DNA of 64,000 nt, taken from contig JBLFWR010000001.1 in assembly GCA_047611725.1 (NCBI GenBank), forward strand, positions 70,125 to 134,124. The letters are read 5' to 3'. The DNA comes from Candidatus Binatia bacterium. GTDB lineage: Bacteria > Desulfobacterota > Binatia > UBA1149 > CAITLU01. The translations under genes were made by a program, and so were the position numbers. Below the pieces are notes generated by a model. It made no database searches and was not told the DNA's origin. It was given only the letters and a program-made list of their open reading frames with translations. Shown piece by piece: positions 32,880-43,155 of this stretch (positions within the stretch are counted from its first letter, which is position 1; every line of letters begins with the position of its first letter).

Positions 32880-34202
32880 TCAGCCTAAGGCCCCGGTGCT
32901 CTGTAACAAGATCACGCCGACTGCGATCGGTGCCACATAGCGCAGGCACCACCTCCAGACTGAGAAGCCGAGACCAATTCTTCGGCCACCACCGTATCCA
33001 GCTTCGGCTACTGGCCGCTTAAGCACCCAACCGGCAAAGATGGCGATCAGCAACCCACCCCCGGGCAGCAGCCAATTGTTCGCAACTGCATCCATTTGAT
33101 CCAAAAAGCCTGGAACGAGAACCGACGGAAGCCCGAGGGCGAAGATCCCCCCCCCACATCCCCACGAAGCCGCTCGTCGACTAAAGCCAAACTCATCGAT
33201 CACGAAGGAGACGACCACCTCCAAGAGTGAAATCGCAGACGTCAGCGCAGCAAACATGAGCAGTGAGAAGAATGTAACGGCGAAAAAACCGGACGCGGGC
33301 ATCGCTCGAAACGCTTCCGGAAGTGTAATGAATACCAGCCCCGGGCCCGCGGAAGGCTCAAGCCCGTAGGTAAATACCAACGGAAAGATCACCAACCCCG
33401 CCATCAAGGCCAGTACAGTGTCCATTGCAGCGATGAGCAGGGCAGAACGCGCTACTGATTGTTGAACATCAATGTAGCTTCCGTACGTGATCATCGCCCC
33501 CATCCCCAAGCTTAGAGAGAAGAACGCCTGTCCGAGTGCAGCCAATGCACCGTCCCAACCCAGCTCGCCAAAACGGGGGCGCAACAAGAAATCCAACCCT
33601 TGCGCAGCTCCGTCGGTGTTCAACGAGTACCCGAGAAGAATCAGAACCAAGACAAACAGGGATGGCATCAGCACCTTGCTGGCGCGCTCAATCCCCGCTT
33701 CGATTCCACGCGCGACAACAACCGTTGTGCCAACCATAAAAACGGCCTGCCAAAAAATCTGGCGAGGAACATCCGACAGCAACTGCTCAAACACTGCCCC
33801 CGCTGAACCTTCACCGCCCTCAAAGAGTCCCCCGGAAAACGACAACAAGACGTAGTTCACCGTCCAGCCGGCAACGACACCGTAGTATGACAGGATGACC
33901 AAACCTGTAAGAACACCGAGCCATCCGACCAATTGCCACGCCCCACCGCCTCCCAACGCTCGGAACGCCCCCACCGGATTTCGTCGCGTAGACCGCCCGA
34001 TCAGGATCTCGGCAACCATCAACGGGATCCCGACCGCCAACACGGCAACCGCATAGGCGAGCACAAACGCTGCTCCGCCATGCTGGCCCGTGCGAAACGG
34101 GAACATCCAAACATTGCCGAGTCCGATCGCGGAGCCGGCTGCCGCAAGCACAAATCCGGCATGTCCTGTCCAAGAGCCACGCTGCGTAACCGCCATGGTC
34201 AC
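32880..34202 (-). CDS. sodium-dependent transporter (NSS/SNF family)
   Basis: GSAIGLGNVWMFP, QAFFSLSLGMG, GPGLVFITLP. Confidence 0.94.
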   Translation of the reverse strand: MTMAVTQRGSWTGHAGFVLAAAGSAIGLGNVWMFPFRTGQHGGAAFVLAYAVAVLAVGIPLMVAEILIGRSTRRNPVGAFRALGGGGAWQLVGWLGVLTGLVILSYYGVVAGWTVNYVLLSFSGGLFEGGEGSAGAVFEQLLSDVPRQIFWQAVFMVGTTVVVARGIEAGIERASKVLMPSLFVLVLILLGYSLNTDGAAQGLDFLLRPRFGELGWDGALAALGQAFFSLSLGMGAMITYGSYIDVQQSVARSALLIAAMDTVLALMAGLVIFPLVFTYGLEPSAGPGLVFITLPEAFRAMPASGFFAVTFFSLLMFAALTSAISLLEVVVSFVIDEFGFSRRAASWGCGGGIFALGLPSVLVPGFLDQMDAVANNWLLPGGGLLIAIFAGWVLKRPVAEAGYGGGRRIGLGFSVWRWCLRYVAPIAVGVILLQSTGALG

Positions 34203-34303
34203 CTCCGTTGAGTTTCGTCGTCAGGACTATAGCTGTCGCCGACAGACGTGGGGAGCGATGCGCGCAATTGTTCGCGCATCATCCCCCCGGCATCTTGCAT
34301 CGC

Positions 34304-35095
34304 ATGAACTTGAGCAACGACGACGCCCTACTCCATGTAGAAACAGCCGGCGACGGCACGCACACGGTCATTCTCGTTCACGGCCTCGGCGGATCGGCTC
34401 GCACCTGGGACAGCACCGTTCCAGCGTTGGCACAGCACTTTCGCGTTTGGTGTCCTGAGCTACGCGGGTGTGGAGCCTCGGAACGCGGAACGCTTCAATA
34501 CGATTTGGATCTTCTCGCCGACGACCTCGCCGCTATTGTAAAAGCCGCTGCGAAACATGGGCCCGTTGTCTTGGTAGGACATTCACTTGGAGGCGTCGTT
34601 GTCCAAGCGCTACTGACGCGCGGATCAATCGAAGTTGATGCCGCGGCACTTGCCTCAACGTCAAGCAGGCTAAACTCAGCCGCGACCGCCAATTGGCTCC
34701 GCATTGCCGACGCAGTGGAAAAGAAGGGACTATCGACAAAACCACAAGCACAAGCGCGCGGGTTTTCCGACGCTTTTGCCGATGCGCATCCGGAAGTACT
34801 GGCGGAACAGGCCGAGTTAGCAAAACACTGCGACACGGCGGTGTATGTCGAGCAAGCACGCGCAGCGAGTCACTACGATTTCGACGAGCGACTTGGAGCC
34901 GTCGCAATTCCGGTATTGGTCATCCAAGGATTGGCGGACAAAATGACGCCTGTTGGTGGATCGGTGATTCTGGATCGCGCACTGCCCAACTCTCGCCTCG
35001 AGCTAATCGAGGGAGTCGGGCACAACCTTCACATCGAAATGGGAGACCGATTCGCGCAACTCGTCCATGATTTTGTACGGACGAGCTGCGCTTGA
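34304..35095 (+). CDS. alpha/beta hydrolase
   Basis: HGLGG, GHSLGG nucleophile elbow, GLAD, GH; start reassigned to ATG 34304. Confidence 0.88.
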   Translation: MNLSNDDALLHVETAGDGTHTVILVHGLGGSARTWDSTVPALAQHFRVWCPELRGCGASERGTLQYDLDLLADDLAAIVKAAAKHGPVVLVGHSLGGVVVQALLTRGSIEVDAAALASTSSRLNSAATANWLRIADAVEKKGLSTKPQAQARGFSDAFADAHPEVLAEQAELAKHCDTAVYVEQARAASHYDFDERLGAVAIPVLVIQGLADKMTPVGGSVILDRALPNSRLELIEGVGHNLHIEMGDRFAQLVHDFVRTSCA

Positions 35096-35099
35096 TCGA

Positions 35100-37676
35100 C
35101 TAGTTCTCGCTGGCGCCCAGGTACTCGCGAATCGAAGCTTCACGTGCTTCGCCACCATCAGTCTCTGGATCACCATCGCCCCCGAGACCTAAGTGCTCAG
35201 CAACCCAGCTGCGCAGTGCCGAGTCGGGCAGGCCAGTCTTCGCAATCCCATAGACGCCTTTCGGCGTTCCGCGCGGCTCGTCTGTGTGGCAGGCGTAGCA
35301 ATCGAACGCGCCGTCAGGAATCGTAGAATGCGTCCGAACCATCGCAGGCCCGGCCCCGTCGCCCGCTTCTAACACCACGCTCCCAAGATCGAAGCCTTCC
35401 AGCGCAGCAAAGTAATCAACGATAGCTTTCGCTTCGTCGTCACGCAGGCCAAAGCTCGGCATGCGAACATCTAGCCACGGCCGCAAGCGCACGGGCTTCA
35501 TGAGGAAGTCAAAGAACCACTCGGGCTGCAGTTTGAGCCCCTCGCCGGTCAAAACCGGAGGCGCGTTCTCAAGGTTCTCAAAGTGCTCACGGATCGAACC
35601 GTCGAGGCCGTCAAACGAGTGACAACCTTGGCAATTGTAGCGAGCGACGACTTCGCGGCCTCTACGCAGCGTGGCGGGCGCGCCAGCCGCGTCGGGCTTG
35701 TATTTCTCGCTGACGACATGGTCGGTCCGACTCGACAGAAAAACCGTCAACGCCCGTGCATCGTCGTGCGTGAAACCGAACTCCGGCATGACCTGTTCGA
35801 TACGCTCTGTTGCGTACGTTCGCGGGGTCAAAATCTTGTTGATCGTCCAATCATCCCAGGTTGCCGGAATGTCGAGACGATCACCGAAGAACAACTCTTC
35901 AACATGCTTGCCGCCGAAAGACGAAAGCTCAACGCCAATGCGGCTCTCGGCTTCCATCCCATTCACCACGTGGCAACCGAAGCAGCCGTAGCGACGTACT
36001 AGACGCTCACCGTCGGCCAACGATTCGCGGGAAGCCACCTTCGCACGCAGAGCGGGATCGGCCGGCAACGGCTCTTCCTGCTTCAGGGTTGCCAAGTATG
36101 AGGTGATCGCTACCGCCTCTTCGTCGGTCAAGCGGAGACTCGGCATGCGGGCATGCTCGGAATAGCCGCGGGGGTCGCGAATCCAATTGTAGATCCAGCG
36201 CGAGTCAGTTTTCTCGGCGATCCTCGAAAGGTTCGGCGCGGTGTCAATGTTCTGTGCGACTTGGCTAGCGTAGGCATCCGGCTCGAAGCCGTGGCACCCC
36301 AGGCAACCAAGTGACTCTGTCAGACCACGCCCCTCATCAACTAGTTCAGCATCGCCAGGGTCCACGCCAACGGGTTCATCAGCACCCGCCAACCAAGCTT
36401 TCCCATCGTCGAATGAAGAATCGATGATGTAAGACGCAATCGATGTCGCTTCTTCTCTGGTCACGAAGAAGTGAGGCATGCGTGTACGCGGTCGGAACTC
36501 TTTCGGGTTCTCGATCCAGGAAACGAGCCATTCCGGGGAAACCTTGGCAGCGACACGCTTCAACGACGGTCCGGCCTTATCCAGATGCTCAAAACCATTA
36601 ACGAGGTGACAGTTGTGGCACCCCATCTCTTGGAAGAGCCATTCACCACGCGCCGCGACTTCAGCACCCTTCATCTTCTGAACGGACTGGTGGCAAGTCA
36701 GGCACTTGGCCTGGACCTTGTCTTCGATGGGAAGCAGGTGATCTTCCCAGTAGTGATCTTCGCCATGGCCATGCCACACCGAATTAATCGCAGCACCTTG
36801 TCCACCGTGACAAGGAGTGCATCCAAACCGTCTAAACTCGTGGTTACCTAGAAAGTACTTTCGATCAGGGTGAGTCTTAAGAGGATTCTCTTGATCCTCG
36901 AACCCTTCGCGGTCGATTCCCATGTGGCAGTTCTGACACCGCTCCGCACGATTAACCCACTGCTCAAAGTTATTGCGCTCGAATCCCCACAGAACGGCCT
37001 GGTCAATTGTCGGAATCAGTGGGACGCGGCTACCGAAAAAGTTCATCGAGACGCTATCAAGCTTAATCTGAAGCGATTCGTCAGCCTTATGAAATGCCTT
37101 CAGCTGTTCTTCGATCTCGATTTCTTTCGATCGAATTTCAACGCCTTCGGCCTCAAGTTTGGCGATCGCCGCTTTCGCGGCGTCGAAGCGGGCCTGATAC
37201 TCGTCGCGACGCACGAACGCGTCATTCAAAGTTTTACGTTCTTCGGTAAAAGGTAGGTGGCTATGCTGAGCGAGTTCGAGGCGATACCACCCCTCCTCAA
37301 CTTCGCCCTTCACGATGCGCAAAGAAAGGTCGGATTCAAGGTACTCGACCGCTAGCCGATCGAGTTCAACGTCAATTGCCGCCAAGCGTTCAGCGTCGGA
37401 ACCATCAGCAATACTTGCTTGCACCGCCTCCAACTTCTCGCTTAGCGCGATATAGTCTTCGTTCGCTGCACGCGAATCCGAATTCTGCTCCAGATCGCCT
37501 TCCCATTTATCAATGGCGAGTTGGTAGAAATCGGTTTTGTATTGCTTCCACAAGTGACGAGAGAACGAATCTTGCCACAGCGCCCACACAGTGCAGGCGA
37601 GCAGCAAAGCAATCGTCAGGAGAAAGACCGCTCCGTACGATCGTTTCTCTTCTTCCTCGACGTATCCACGCCCCAT
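35100..37676 (-). CDS. membrane-anchored multiheme cytochrome c (8 CxxCH) of the Rieske/cytochrome b complex
   Basis: CQNCH, CTPCH, CLTCH, CHNCH, CLGCH, CFGCH, CQGCH, CYACH; repeated P...W...P...MP class I modules; N-terminal TM and coiled coil. Confidence 0.9.
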   Translation of the reverse strand: MGRGYVEEEEKRSYGAVFLLTIALLLACTVWALWQDSFSRHLWKQYKTDFYQLAIDKWEGDLEQNSDSRAANEDYIALSEKLEAVQASIADGSDAERLAAIDVELDRLAVEYLESDLSLRIVKGEVEEGWYRLELAQHSHLPFTEERKTLNDAFVRRDEYQARFDAAKAAIAKLEAEGVEIRSKEIEIEEQLKAFHKADESLQIKLDSVSMNFFGSRVPLIPTIDQAVLWGFERNNFEQWVNRAERCQNCHMGIDREGFEDQENPLKTHPDRKYFLGNHEFRRFGCTPCHGGQGAAINSVWHGHGEDHYWEDHLLPIEDKVQAKCLTCHQSVQKMKGAEVAARGEWLFQEMGCHNCHLVNGFEHLDKAGPSLKRVAAKVSPEWLVSWIENPKEFRPRTRMPHFFVTREEATSIASYIIDSSFDDGKAWLAGADEPVGVDPGDAELVDEGRGLTESLGCLGCHGFEPDAYASQVAQNIDTAPNLSRIAEKTDSRWIYNWIRDPRGYSEHARMPSLRLTDEEAVAITSYLATLKQEEPLPADPALRAKVASRESLADGERLVRRYGCFGCHVVNGMEAESRIGVELSSFGGKHVEELFFGDRLDIPATWDDWTINKILTPRTYATERIEQVMPEFGFTHDDARALTVFLSSRTDHVVSEKYKPDAAGAPATLRRGREVVARYNCQGCHSFDGLDGSIREHFENLENAPPVLTGEGLKLQPEWFFDFLMKPVRLRPWLDVRMPSFGLRDDEAKAIVDYFAALEGFDLGSVVLEAGDGAGPAMVRTHSTIPDGAFDCYACHTDEPRGTPKGVYGIAKTGLPDSALRSWVAEHLGLGGDGDPETDGGEAREASIREYLGASEN

Positions 37677-37866
37677 AATCGGCTAATCCTTGTCTCGCTC
37701 GGCTAGCACCGAGCCCAACCCCAAACGGCACGAACATCAAGCCCTTGTTCAGGACTCCAAACGTCGGCCAGCATAGAAGCAACCCAAGCTAAGCGCGGCG
37801 ATAAAGAGCTCCCGCGCCAAGTCGGCTTGTGTGACCCCCACCCAAAGTGCGAGCCCAATTCCCGTG

Positions 37867-37887
37867 AGGCCTGCGAGTTGCAGGCCT
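37867..37887. terminator. hairpin between cytochrome b subunit IV and cytochrome c
   Basis: AGGCCTGC-GAGTT-GCAGGCCT; no T-tract on the coding (minus) strand. Confidence 0.3.
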
Positions 37888-37913
37888 TTAGCAACGTAAA
37901 ACGCCACGTCTCC

Positions 37914-38747
37914 TCAGACGTTAATCCAAGGCGTAACCATTATGTACTTCACATTGAAGGCCATTCGCAGAATCATTTTCAGAACCACGGCGATCATGTT
38001 CAGAAACAGAAACGACGTCAGTCCGAACCGAACGGCGCCCCAACGATTCATGAACGCGGCTCCCTTGAGCTTCACAACCCAAGCGTACATCGCGCCAGTA
38101 CCGACGACGAAGTATCCAAGCACGACAACGAGCCCGAAAATGGCCGACGCCCAATAGTCCCTGAGGCCAAAGATGTACGGCAGATCTACCGCTGTCATCG
38201 CTACGACTTTGTGAGCGTCCCAAGGTTCCCAGGGCCAAAACCAATTCCAACCCGGGCCCCGAATGAATGTCCCGATGACGATCAGAAGAATCCACAGAAC
38301 GTGGAACCCGATGAAGAACGTCCACAGCTCGTACTTGCGCTCAATGTAGGTGTAGTAGCCGTTCCCCTTCGGGTTGATGTCGATGAACGGCAACACCATC
38401 AGGCCCACAACGATAAATGACGGCAAGACAACGCCTGCATGCCACGGGTCGAAGTACACGAGGATTTCTTGCAGGCCGAGAAAATACCAAGGCGCCTTCG
38501 AAGGGTTCGGAGTACGTGTCGGCGCGGCTGGCTCTTCGAGTGGCGCGTCTACTAGCAATGCCCAAATCAGCATGCCGGCAACCACTAGAAGGGTGCAGAG
38601 AAACTCTGCCCGGACAAGGTGGGGCCAGGTGTGAATTTTGTCGTCACCCGGGCCCTTCGCACGCCGAATCGTCTGCTCGACACGTTTCGCAGTATCGACC
38701 TGACGAGGGGCAACACCCACTTCACTTAAAATCTTCGGCTCAGCCAT
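37914..38747 (-). CDS. cytochrome b C-terminal subunit (subunit IV / PetD-like)
   Basis: WPHLVRAE, APLEEPA..TPNPSKAPWYFLGLQE, LPFID, RGPGW. Confidence 0.88.
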   Translation of the reverse strand: MAEPKILSEVGVAPRQVDTAKRVEQTIRRAKGPGDDKIHTWPHLVRAEFLCTLLVVAGMLIWALLVDAPLEEPAAPTRTPNPSKAPWYFLGLQEILVYFDPWHAGVVLPSFIVVGLMVLPFIDINPKGNGYYTYIERKYELWTFFIGFHVLWILLIVIGTFIRGPGWNWFWPWEPWDAHKVVAMTAVDLPYIFGLRDYWASAIFGLVVVLGYFVVGTGAMYAWVVKLKGAAFMNRWGAVRFGLTSFLFLNMIAVVLKMILRMAFNVKYIMVTPWINV

Positions 38748-38767
38748 AACGTCCCCCTACCCCACTA

Positions 38768-39541
38768 CTACAGGGACGGACCAGAAAGGCCGTCGCGTCG
38801 AATCCGCCAAAAGTGAACGATCAGAAACAGGGTTGTGACCAGTGGAATAAACACACAGTGCAAGATGTAGAAGCGCAGTAGCGTGTGTGGCCCAATCTCC
38901 CCGCCACCAAACAGAAACGCACGCGCGTCGTAAACCGCGTTTACACCGGTGAACTCACGGAACGGCCCTTCATGCCCGATCAATGGAGTTGCGCGCGCCA
39001 TATTGGAGCCTACCGTAACGGCCCAGATCGAAAGCTGATCCCAAGGCAGCAGGTAGCCGGTGAAGCTCAACAGCAGGGTCAGAACCAGCAAGATAACCCC
39101 GACAACCCAGTTGAACTCGCGAGGTGGCTTGTAGGAACCGGTCATAAAGACTCGGAACATGTGCAACCACACAGCGATTACCATCGCGTGAGCCGCCCAT
39201 CGATGCATGTTGCGCATCAGCATGCCAAACGGCATGTCGAACTCGAGGTACTTCATGTCCGCATACGCGTACTCGGCTACTGGCCGATAGTAGAACATGA
39301 GGTAGATGCCCGTCACCACGGTGATCAGGAACATCAAAAACGTGATGCCGCCCATGCACCAGGTGAACTTCAGGCGAACCCCGTGGCGCCGCACCTTCGA
39401 TGGATGCAAGTGCAACCAAATGTTACCCGACACCATCAGCACACGATTGCGTGGCGTGTCGTCGTAACCGTGCCGGAAGATCGCCTGCCACACCTGGCTC
39501 TCGACGATCGAAGCTTTAAACTGTTCCCACCTGCTCATCAC
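38768..39541 (-). CDS. petB: cytochrome b6-like N-terminal subunit
   Basis: [23 protein letters not shown]...[22 protein letters not shown]...HF. Confidence 0.92.
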   Translation of the reverse strand: MMSRWEQFKASIVESQVWQAIFRHGYDDTPRNRVLMVSGNIWLHLHPSKVRRHGVRLKFTWCMGGITFLMFLITVVTGIYLMFYYRPVAEYAYADMKYLEFDMPFGMLMRNMHRWAAHAMVIAVWLHMFRVFMTGSYKPPREFNWVVGVILLVLTLLLSFTGYLLPWDQLSIWAVTVGSNMARATPLIGHEGPFREFTGVNAVYDARAFLFGGGEIGPHTLLRFYILHCVFIPLVTTLFLIVHFWRIRRDGLSGPSL

Positions 39542-39568
39542 AGTCTCTCCGTCCAGGTCCGCAGCCAA

Positions 39569-40168
39569 TTAGGCGCGTAGATAGGCGCCCGGCTTATCCC
39601 AATCGCCATTCTCGAAACGGTAGAATACGCCGACATCGACAAGCAATTGCCCGTCATCCGCCACCGCAACACGTACCCGTTCGAGAGGACGCGGAGCCGG
39701 TCCTTCGAAGTTAATTCCCGATTTGTAGAAGCCACTGCCGTGACAGGGGCACTTGAACTTGGCCTCAGACTTCAGCCATCGCGGCGTACAACCCAAATGC
39801 GTGCACTTGGCATACAGAGCGTAGACACCTTTGTCCTCGCGAACGATCCACACCCTAAAGTCCTTCTTATATTTCTCGCTGACTTCCCCGATGGGGTAGT
39901 CATCGATCGCTCCTGCCTTGAAGGTCGTGTCTGGCTTGAACAACACGCGCGGAAAAGCCGATCGCATGCCAGCCATGACGGCAGTTAGACTGACCAGGCC
40001 AAACCCTGCCCAGCCAACACGTCCGAAGAAGTCGCGGCGCGACCAGATGCCAGGCAGCTGGTCCTTCTGCCGCCGACGGCGAGCAGCCTCATCGCGTTGC
40101 TCCACGATCCGCTCGCGGTGCAGCTCGGCCGCCTGTTCTTCTGTAAGCTCTCCCTTGACCTTGGCCAT
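39569..40168 (-). CDS. Rieske [2Fe-2S] protein
   Basis: SRRDFF Tat-like motif, CTHLGC, CPCHGS, GPAPRPL. Confidence 0.94.
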   Translation of the reverse strand: MAKVKGELTEEQAAELHRERIVEQRDEAARRRRQKDQLPGIWSRRDFFGRVGWAGFGLVSLTAVMAGMRSAFPRVLFKPDTTFKAGAIDDYPIGEVSEKYKKDFRVWIVREDKGVYALYAKCTHLGCTPRWLKSEAKFKCPCHGSGFYKSGINFEGPAPRPLERVRVAVADDGQLLVDVGVFYRFENGDWDKPGAYLRA

Positions 40169-40213
40169 CTCGACTCCAGGTGAAACGCTTCGTCGCCTAA
40201 GCGAACAATGCGA

Positions 40214-40657
40214 TCATTTTTGCTCGACCCCACCCACGCGGGCAAAAAGCGCGGCCACGACTCCGACAACAACAAGCACGAATCCCATGATCATTATGGT
40301 CACCCCGACGGGCGGCAGCACTGGCAGAATCACGAACCCCACCGGGATAAGTAAGAAGCCATATCCCGCCGAAACTCTGGTCCCCTCGGCAGTACCTGCA
40401 GCCGAACCGTGTGTTCCGTAGGCCCCCGAGTAACGCTCATCGTCGGCGAGAACCGGCAACCGCTCGCGAACCAGACTCACAGCGTAGTCGTGCAATGCCT
40501 CCCGCTCTTCGGGCGGGCATTCCCCGATTGTTGCTGCAATTTCGTCGGCCAAGTCTTCAAGACGTTGTTCCGACAATTCGAGCGCATCGCGCTCTTGTGC
40601 GCCGTCTTCCACACTCAGGCCTTCGTCGTCCTCATTTCCGTTTTGTTCGTTGGACAT
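40214..40657 (-). CDS. hypothetical membrane protein (acidic N-terminus, C-terminal TM hairpin)
   Basis: Composition and hydrophobicity; directly upstream of the Rieske gene. Confidence 0.7.
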   Translation of the reverse strand: MSNEQNGNEDDEGLSVEDGAQERDALELSEQRLEDLADEIAATIGECPPEEREALHDYAVSLVRERLPVLADDERYSGAYGTHGSAAGTAEGTRVSAGYGFLLIPVGFVILPVLPPVGVTIMIMGFVLVVVGVVAALFARVGGVEQK

Positions 40658-40787
40658 AGTGAAGGCCCGTAACCGCAGGGTTGGTATTACAAAAGCCCTA
40701 GACGGTCAAGGTCCCCTGCGGACAGTCAACTCCCCGAAAGTTCTTACAAAATTGGTATTGCCATGAGCTGCGCGCCAACCCATCTCT

Positions 40788-41498
40788 GTGCCTGTGCGCA
40801 GCTCACCCAGAACTGACGGACGCGAAGCCCTGTTCCGCCTGTTATTCAGGGTATTCGGCGTACACTGTTCCCTTTGCGGGTCACCGGCCAGCGACCCGTG
40901 TCCTGATTGCCTAGCCCAATCAGGTTTCAATGGACGTGCACATCGCAGCCCACAAACGCCAGCCGGATTAATCTCTGTTTGGTTCTGCGCTCCGCATGTT
41001 ACTCCCAACGGCGATGCTTCCGCGTTAACCACGCTGTTACACCGGTTCAAATACGGCGGCGACCGCCGCGCCGGTCGCATTCTGGCCGCAATCTTCGCTG
41101 GCGCCTGCTCCCAGTGCTGTGAAGCGGGCACGATCGTCGTCCCAGTGCCGGCGGACCCATCGCGACTCAAGGCCCGCGGGTTCGATCAAGCCGGGTGGCT
41201 GGCCGCCGGCCTATCCTGCAAAACCGGGTCTCGAATGAACGCCCAACTGCTGCGTCGTCTGCCCACTTCCACCGCCCAGCACGGGCTCAACGCCCTGGCC
41301 CGGAGTAAGAACCTGGCGGGCGCATTTTCAAGCCCCTCGCAGCCGCGGCTTCCGAGCAGCTCGTCCAAGGTTCTGTTAGTCGACGACGTTATGACCACCG
41401 GGGCCACTTTGAACGCCTGCGCGGCGGCCTTGCATGAGCAAGGAATAGAGCGCATCGCTGCGGCCGTGCTGCTTTACGCCCAAAAGCCACGCCGATGA
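40788..41498 (+). CDS. comF: ComF family phosphoribosyltransferase-like protein
   Basis: CSLC..CPDC, FKY, VPVP, RGFDQ, VDDVMTTGAT. Confidence 0.9.
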   Translation: MPVRSSPRTDGREALFRLLFRVFGVHCSLCGSPASDPCPDCLAQSGFNGRAHRSPQTPAGLISVWFCAPHVTPNGDASALTTLLHRFKYGGDRRAGRILAAIFAGACSQCCEAGTIVVPVPADPSRLKARGFDQAGWLAAGLSCKTGSRMNAQLLRRLPTSTAQHGLNALARSKNLAGAFSSPSQPRLPSSSSKVLLVDDVMTTGATLNACAAALHEQGIERIAAAVLLYAQKPRR

Positions 41499-42070
41499 GC
41501 GAGGCAGATCGCCAGCGTTGGGAAGCCCGCCACTTGGCCGCCGGTGCAGTAGGCGCGCCGCGAGACGTGCTCAAACTAGCGCCTTCCGCCCCCTTCCCCG
41601 GAGCCGTGTGCCTCGATCTGGCGAGCGGAGGCGGGCGGCATTGGGCCCCATTGACCGCACTCGGATATCACGTGGTCGGGTTAGACATCGCGTTATCGGC
41701 TTTGCATCGAGGGGCTCCCCACACCGGACAACACCCCTGTCTCGATCGAGTCCAAGCCGATTTGGACGACTGGCCCCTCGCGCCATCCAGCTGCGAACTC
41801 GTCGTTCAGGTAGATTTCCTCTCGCGGTCGCTCGTTGAGCACGCCTTCGCGACCGTTAAACCAGGTGGGTACATTTTGGTGGACACCTTCCTGTACACCG
41901 GCCATCCCAACCGCGAAGGTCCCAAAAACCCCGAGTACCAACTGCGTCCGGGCGAGCTTCAGTCATGGGCTGGCGATTGGCACATCCTGCTGTGTTCCGA
42001 AGTCGATGGCCCGACCGCTAGAGGGACATTGATCGCCCAATGCCCCGACATTCGGCCGGCTCAGCTTTGA
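41495..42070 (+). CDS. class I SAM-dependent methyltransferase (TehB-like)
   Basis: LDLASGGGR, GLDI, ADL, KPGG, LRPGEL. Confidence 0.85.
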   Translation: MSEADRQRWEARHLAAGAVGAPRDVLKLAPSAPFPGAVCLDLASGGGRHWAPLTALGYHVVGLDIALSALHRGAPHTGQHPCLDRVQADLDDWPLAPSSCELVVQVDFLSRSLVEHAFATVKPGGYILVDTFLYTGHPNREGPKNPEYQLRPGELQSWAGDWHILLCSEVDGPTARGTLIAQCPDIRPAQL

Positions 42071-42102
42071 CAACCGCCACCTGCTCCCCTATTCGCCGTG
42101 AG

Positions 42103-43155
42103 GTGACCCGTACGCAAAAATTAACCTATCGAGAAGCCGGAGTAGACATCGCGCGAGCCGATAAGTTGGTCGCGCGCATCGGACGCCTCGCCGCTTCGAC
42201 TCATCGCCCTGAAGTACTGTCGGGGGTCGGCCCTTTCGCATCGGCGGTTCGCCTTCCCAAAGGAATGAAGCAGCCGGTGCTCCTTTCTTCCGCAGACGGA
42301 GTCGGAACGAAGCTGGCCGTCGCAAGAGTCATGAATCGTCACGACACCGTCGGAATCGATCTCGTGGCAATGAACGCCAACGACCTCATCACGGGCGGTG
42401 CCGAACCACTGTTCTTCCTCGACTACCTAGCGGTCGGGTCGCTGGCATCGGTTGATGCCGCCGCTGTAATCGAAGGTATCGCAGAAGGCTGTCGTCAATC
42501 GGCAATGAGCCTTGTCGGCGGAGAAACTGCGGAAATGCCCGGCTTCTACGCCCCCGGAGAGTACGATCTGGCTGGTTTTTGTGTCGGTGTCGCCGAGCGC
42601 CGCGCGATCATTGATTGTTCCAAAGTCCGCCCCGGAGATGCGATTGTCGGCTTGCCGTCGACCGGTCTCCATAGCAATGGATTCAGTCTCGCCCGAAAGG
42701 CCTTGGGCGCTGGCAGTAAACGTCGACTAGATCGCGTCGAACCGACTCTTGGATGTTCGCTCGGTGAGGAGCTGTTACGGCCAACTAGCATCTACGTCCG
42801 CCCGGTTTTGGCCGCGCTCGCCAAGTTTTCAATCAAGGGAATGGCCCACATCACCGGCGGGGGCATTCCCGGGAACCTAGTTCGTGCGTTACCAGCCGGG
42901 GTCGGCGCCGTGGTAGATCGGAATCGTTTTGCCAAGCTGCCAATTTTCGATCTGATTCAAGAGCGCGGCGGGATCTCCCAGACCGAAATGGATAAGACCT
43001 TCAACTGCGGAGTCGGTTACGTGATGATTGTTCGTCCACGTGAGGCAGCGGCCTTATGCAGCTTCCTAAAGCGACGCCGGATTGGTGCGAGCGTGATCGG
43101 TCATACCACCGCCGGTCGCCGAAAGGTCACATACAGACGTGGCGCCGCAGACTGA
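42103..43155 (+). CDS. purM: phosphoribosylformylglycinamidine cyclo-ligase
   Basis: TYREAGVD, DGVGTK, GIDLVAMNAND, GGETAEMP, HSNG, HITGGG; start reassigned to GTG 42103. Confidence 0.96.
   Translation: MTRTQKLTYREAGVDIARADKLVARIGRLAASTHRPEVLSGVGPFASAVRLPKGMKQPVLLSSADGVGTKLAVARVMNRHDTVGIDLVAMNANDLITGGAEPLFFLDYLAVGSLASVDAAAVIEGIAEGCRQSAMSLVGGETAEMPGFYAPGEYDLAGFCVGVAERRAIIDCSKVRPGDAIVGLPSTGLHSNGFSLARKALGAGSKRRLDRVEPTLGCSLGEELLRPTSIYVRPVLAALAKFSIKGMAHITGGGIPGNLVRALPAGVGAVVDRNRFAKLPIFDLIQERGGISQTEMDKTFNCGVGYVMIVRPREAAALCSFLKRRRIGASVIGHTTAGRRKVTYRRGAAD

Noticed and set aside
37890-37906. sigma54-like TGGCGT...TTGCT upstream of cytochrome c
   Set aside because: GG-to-GC spacing is one base too long.
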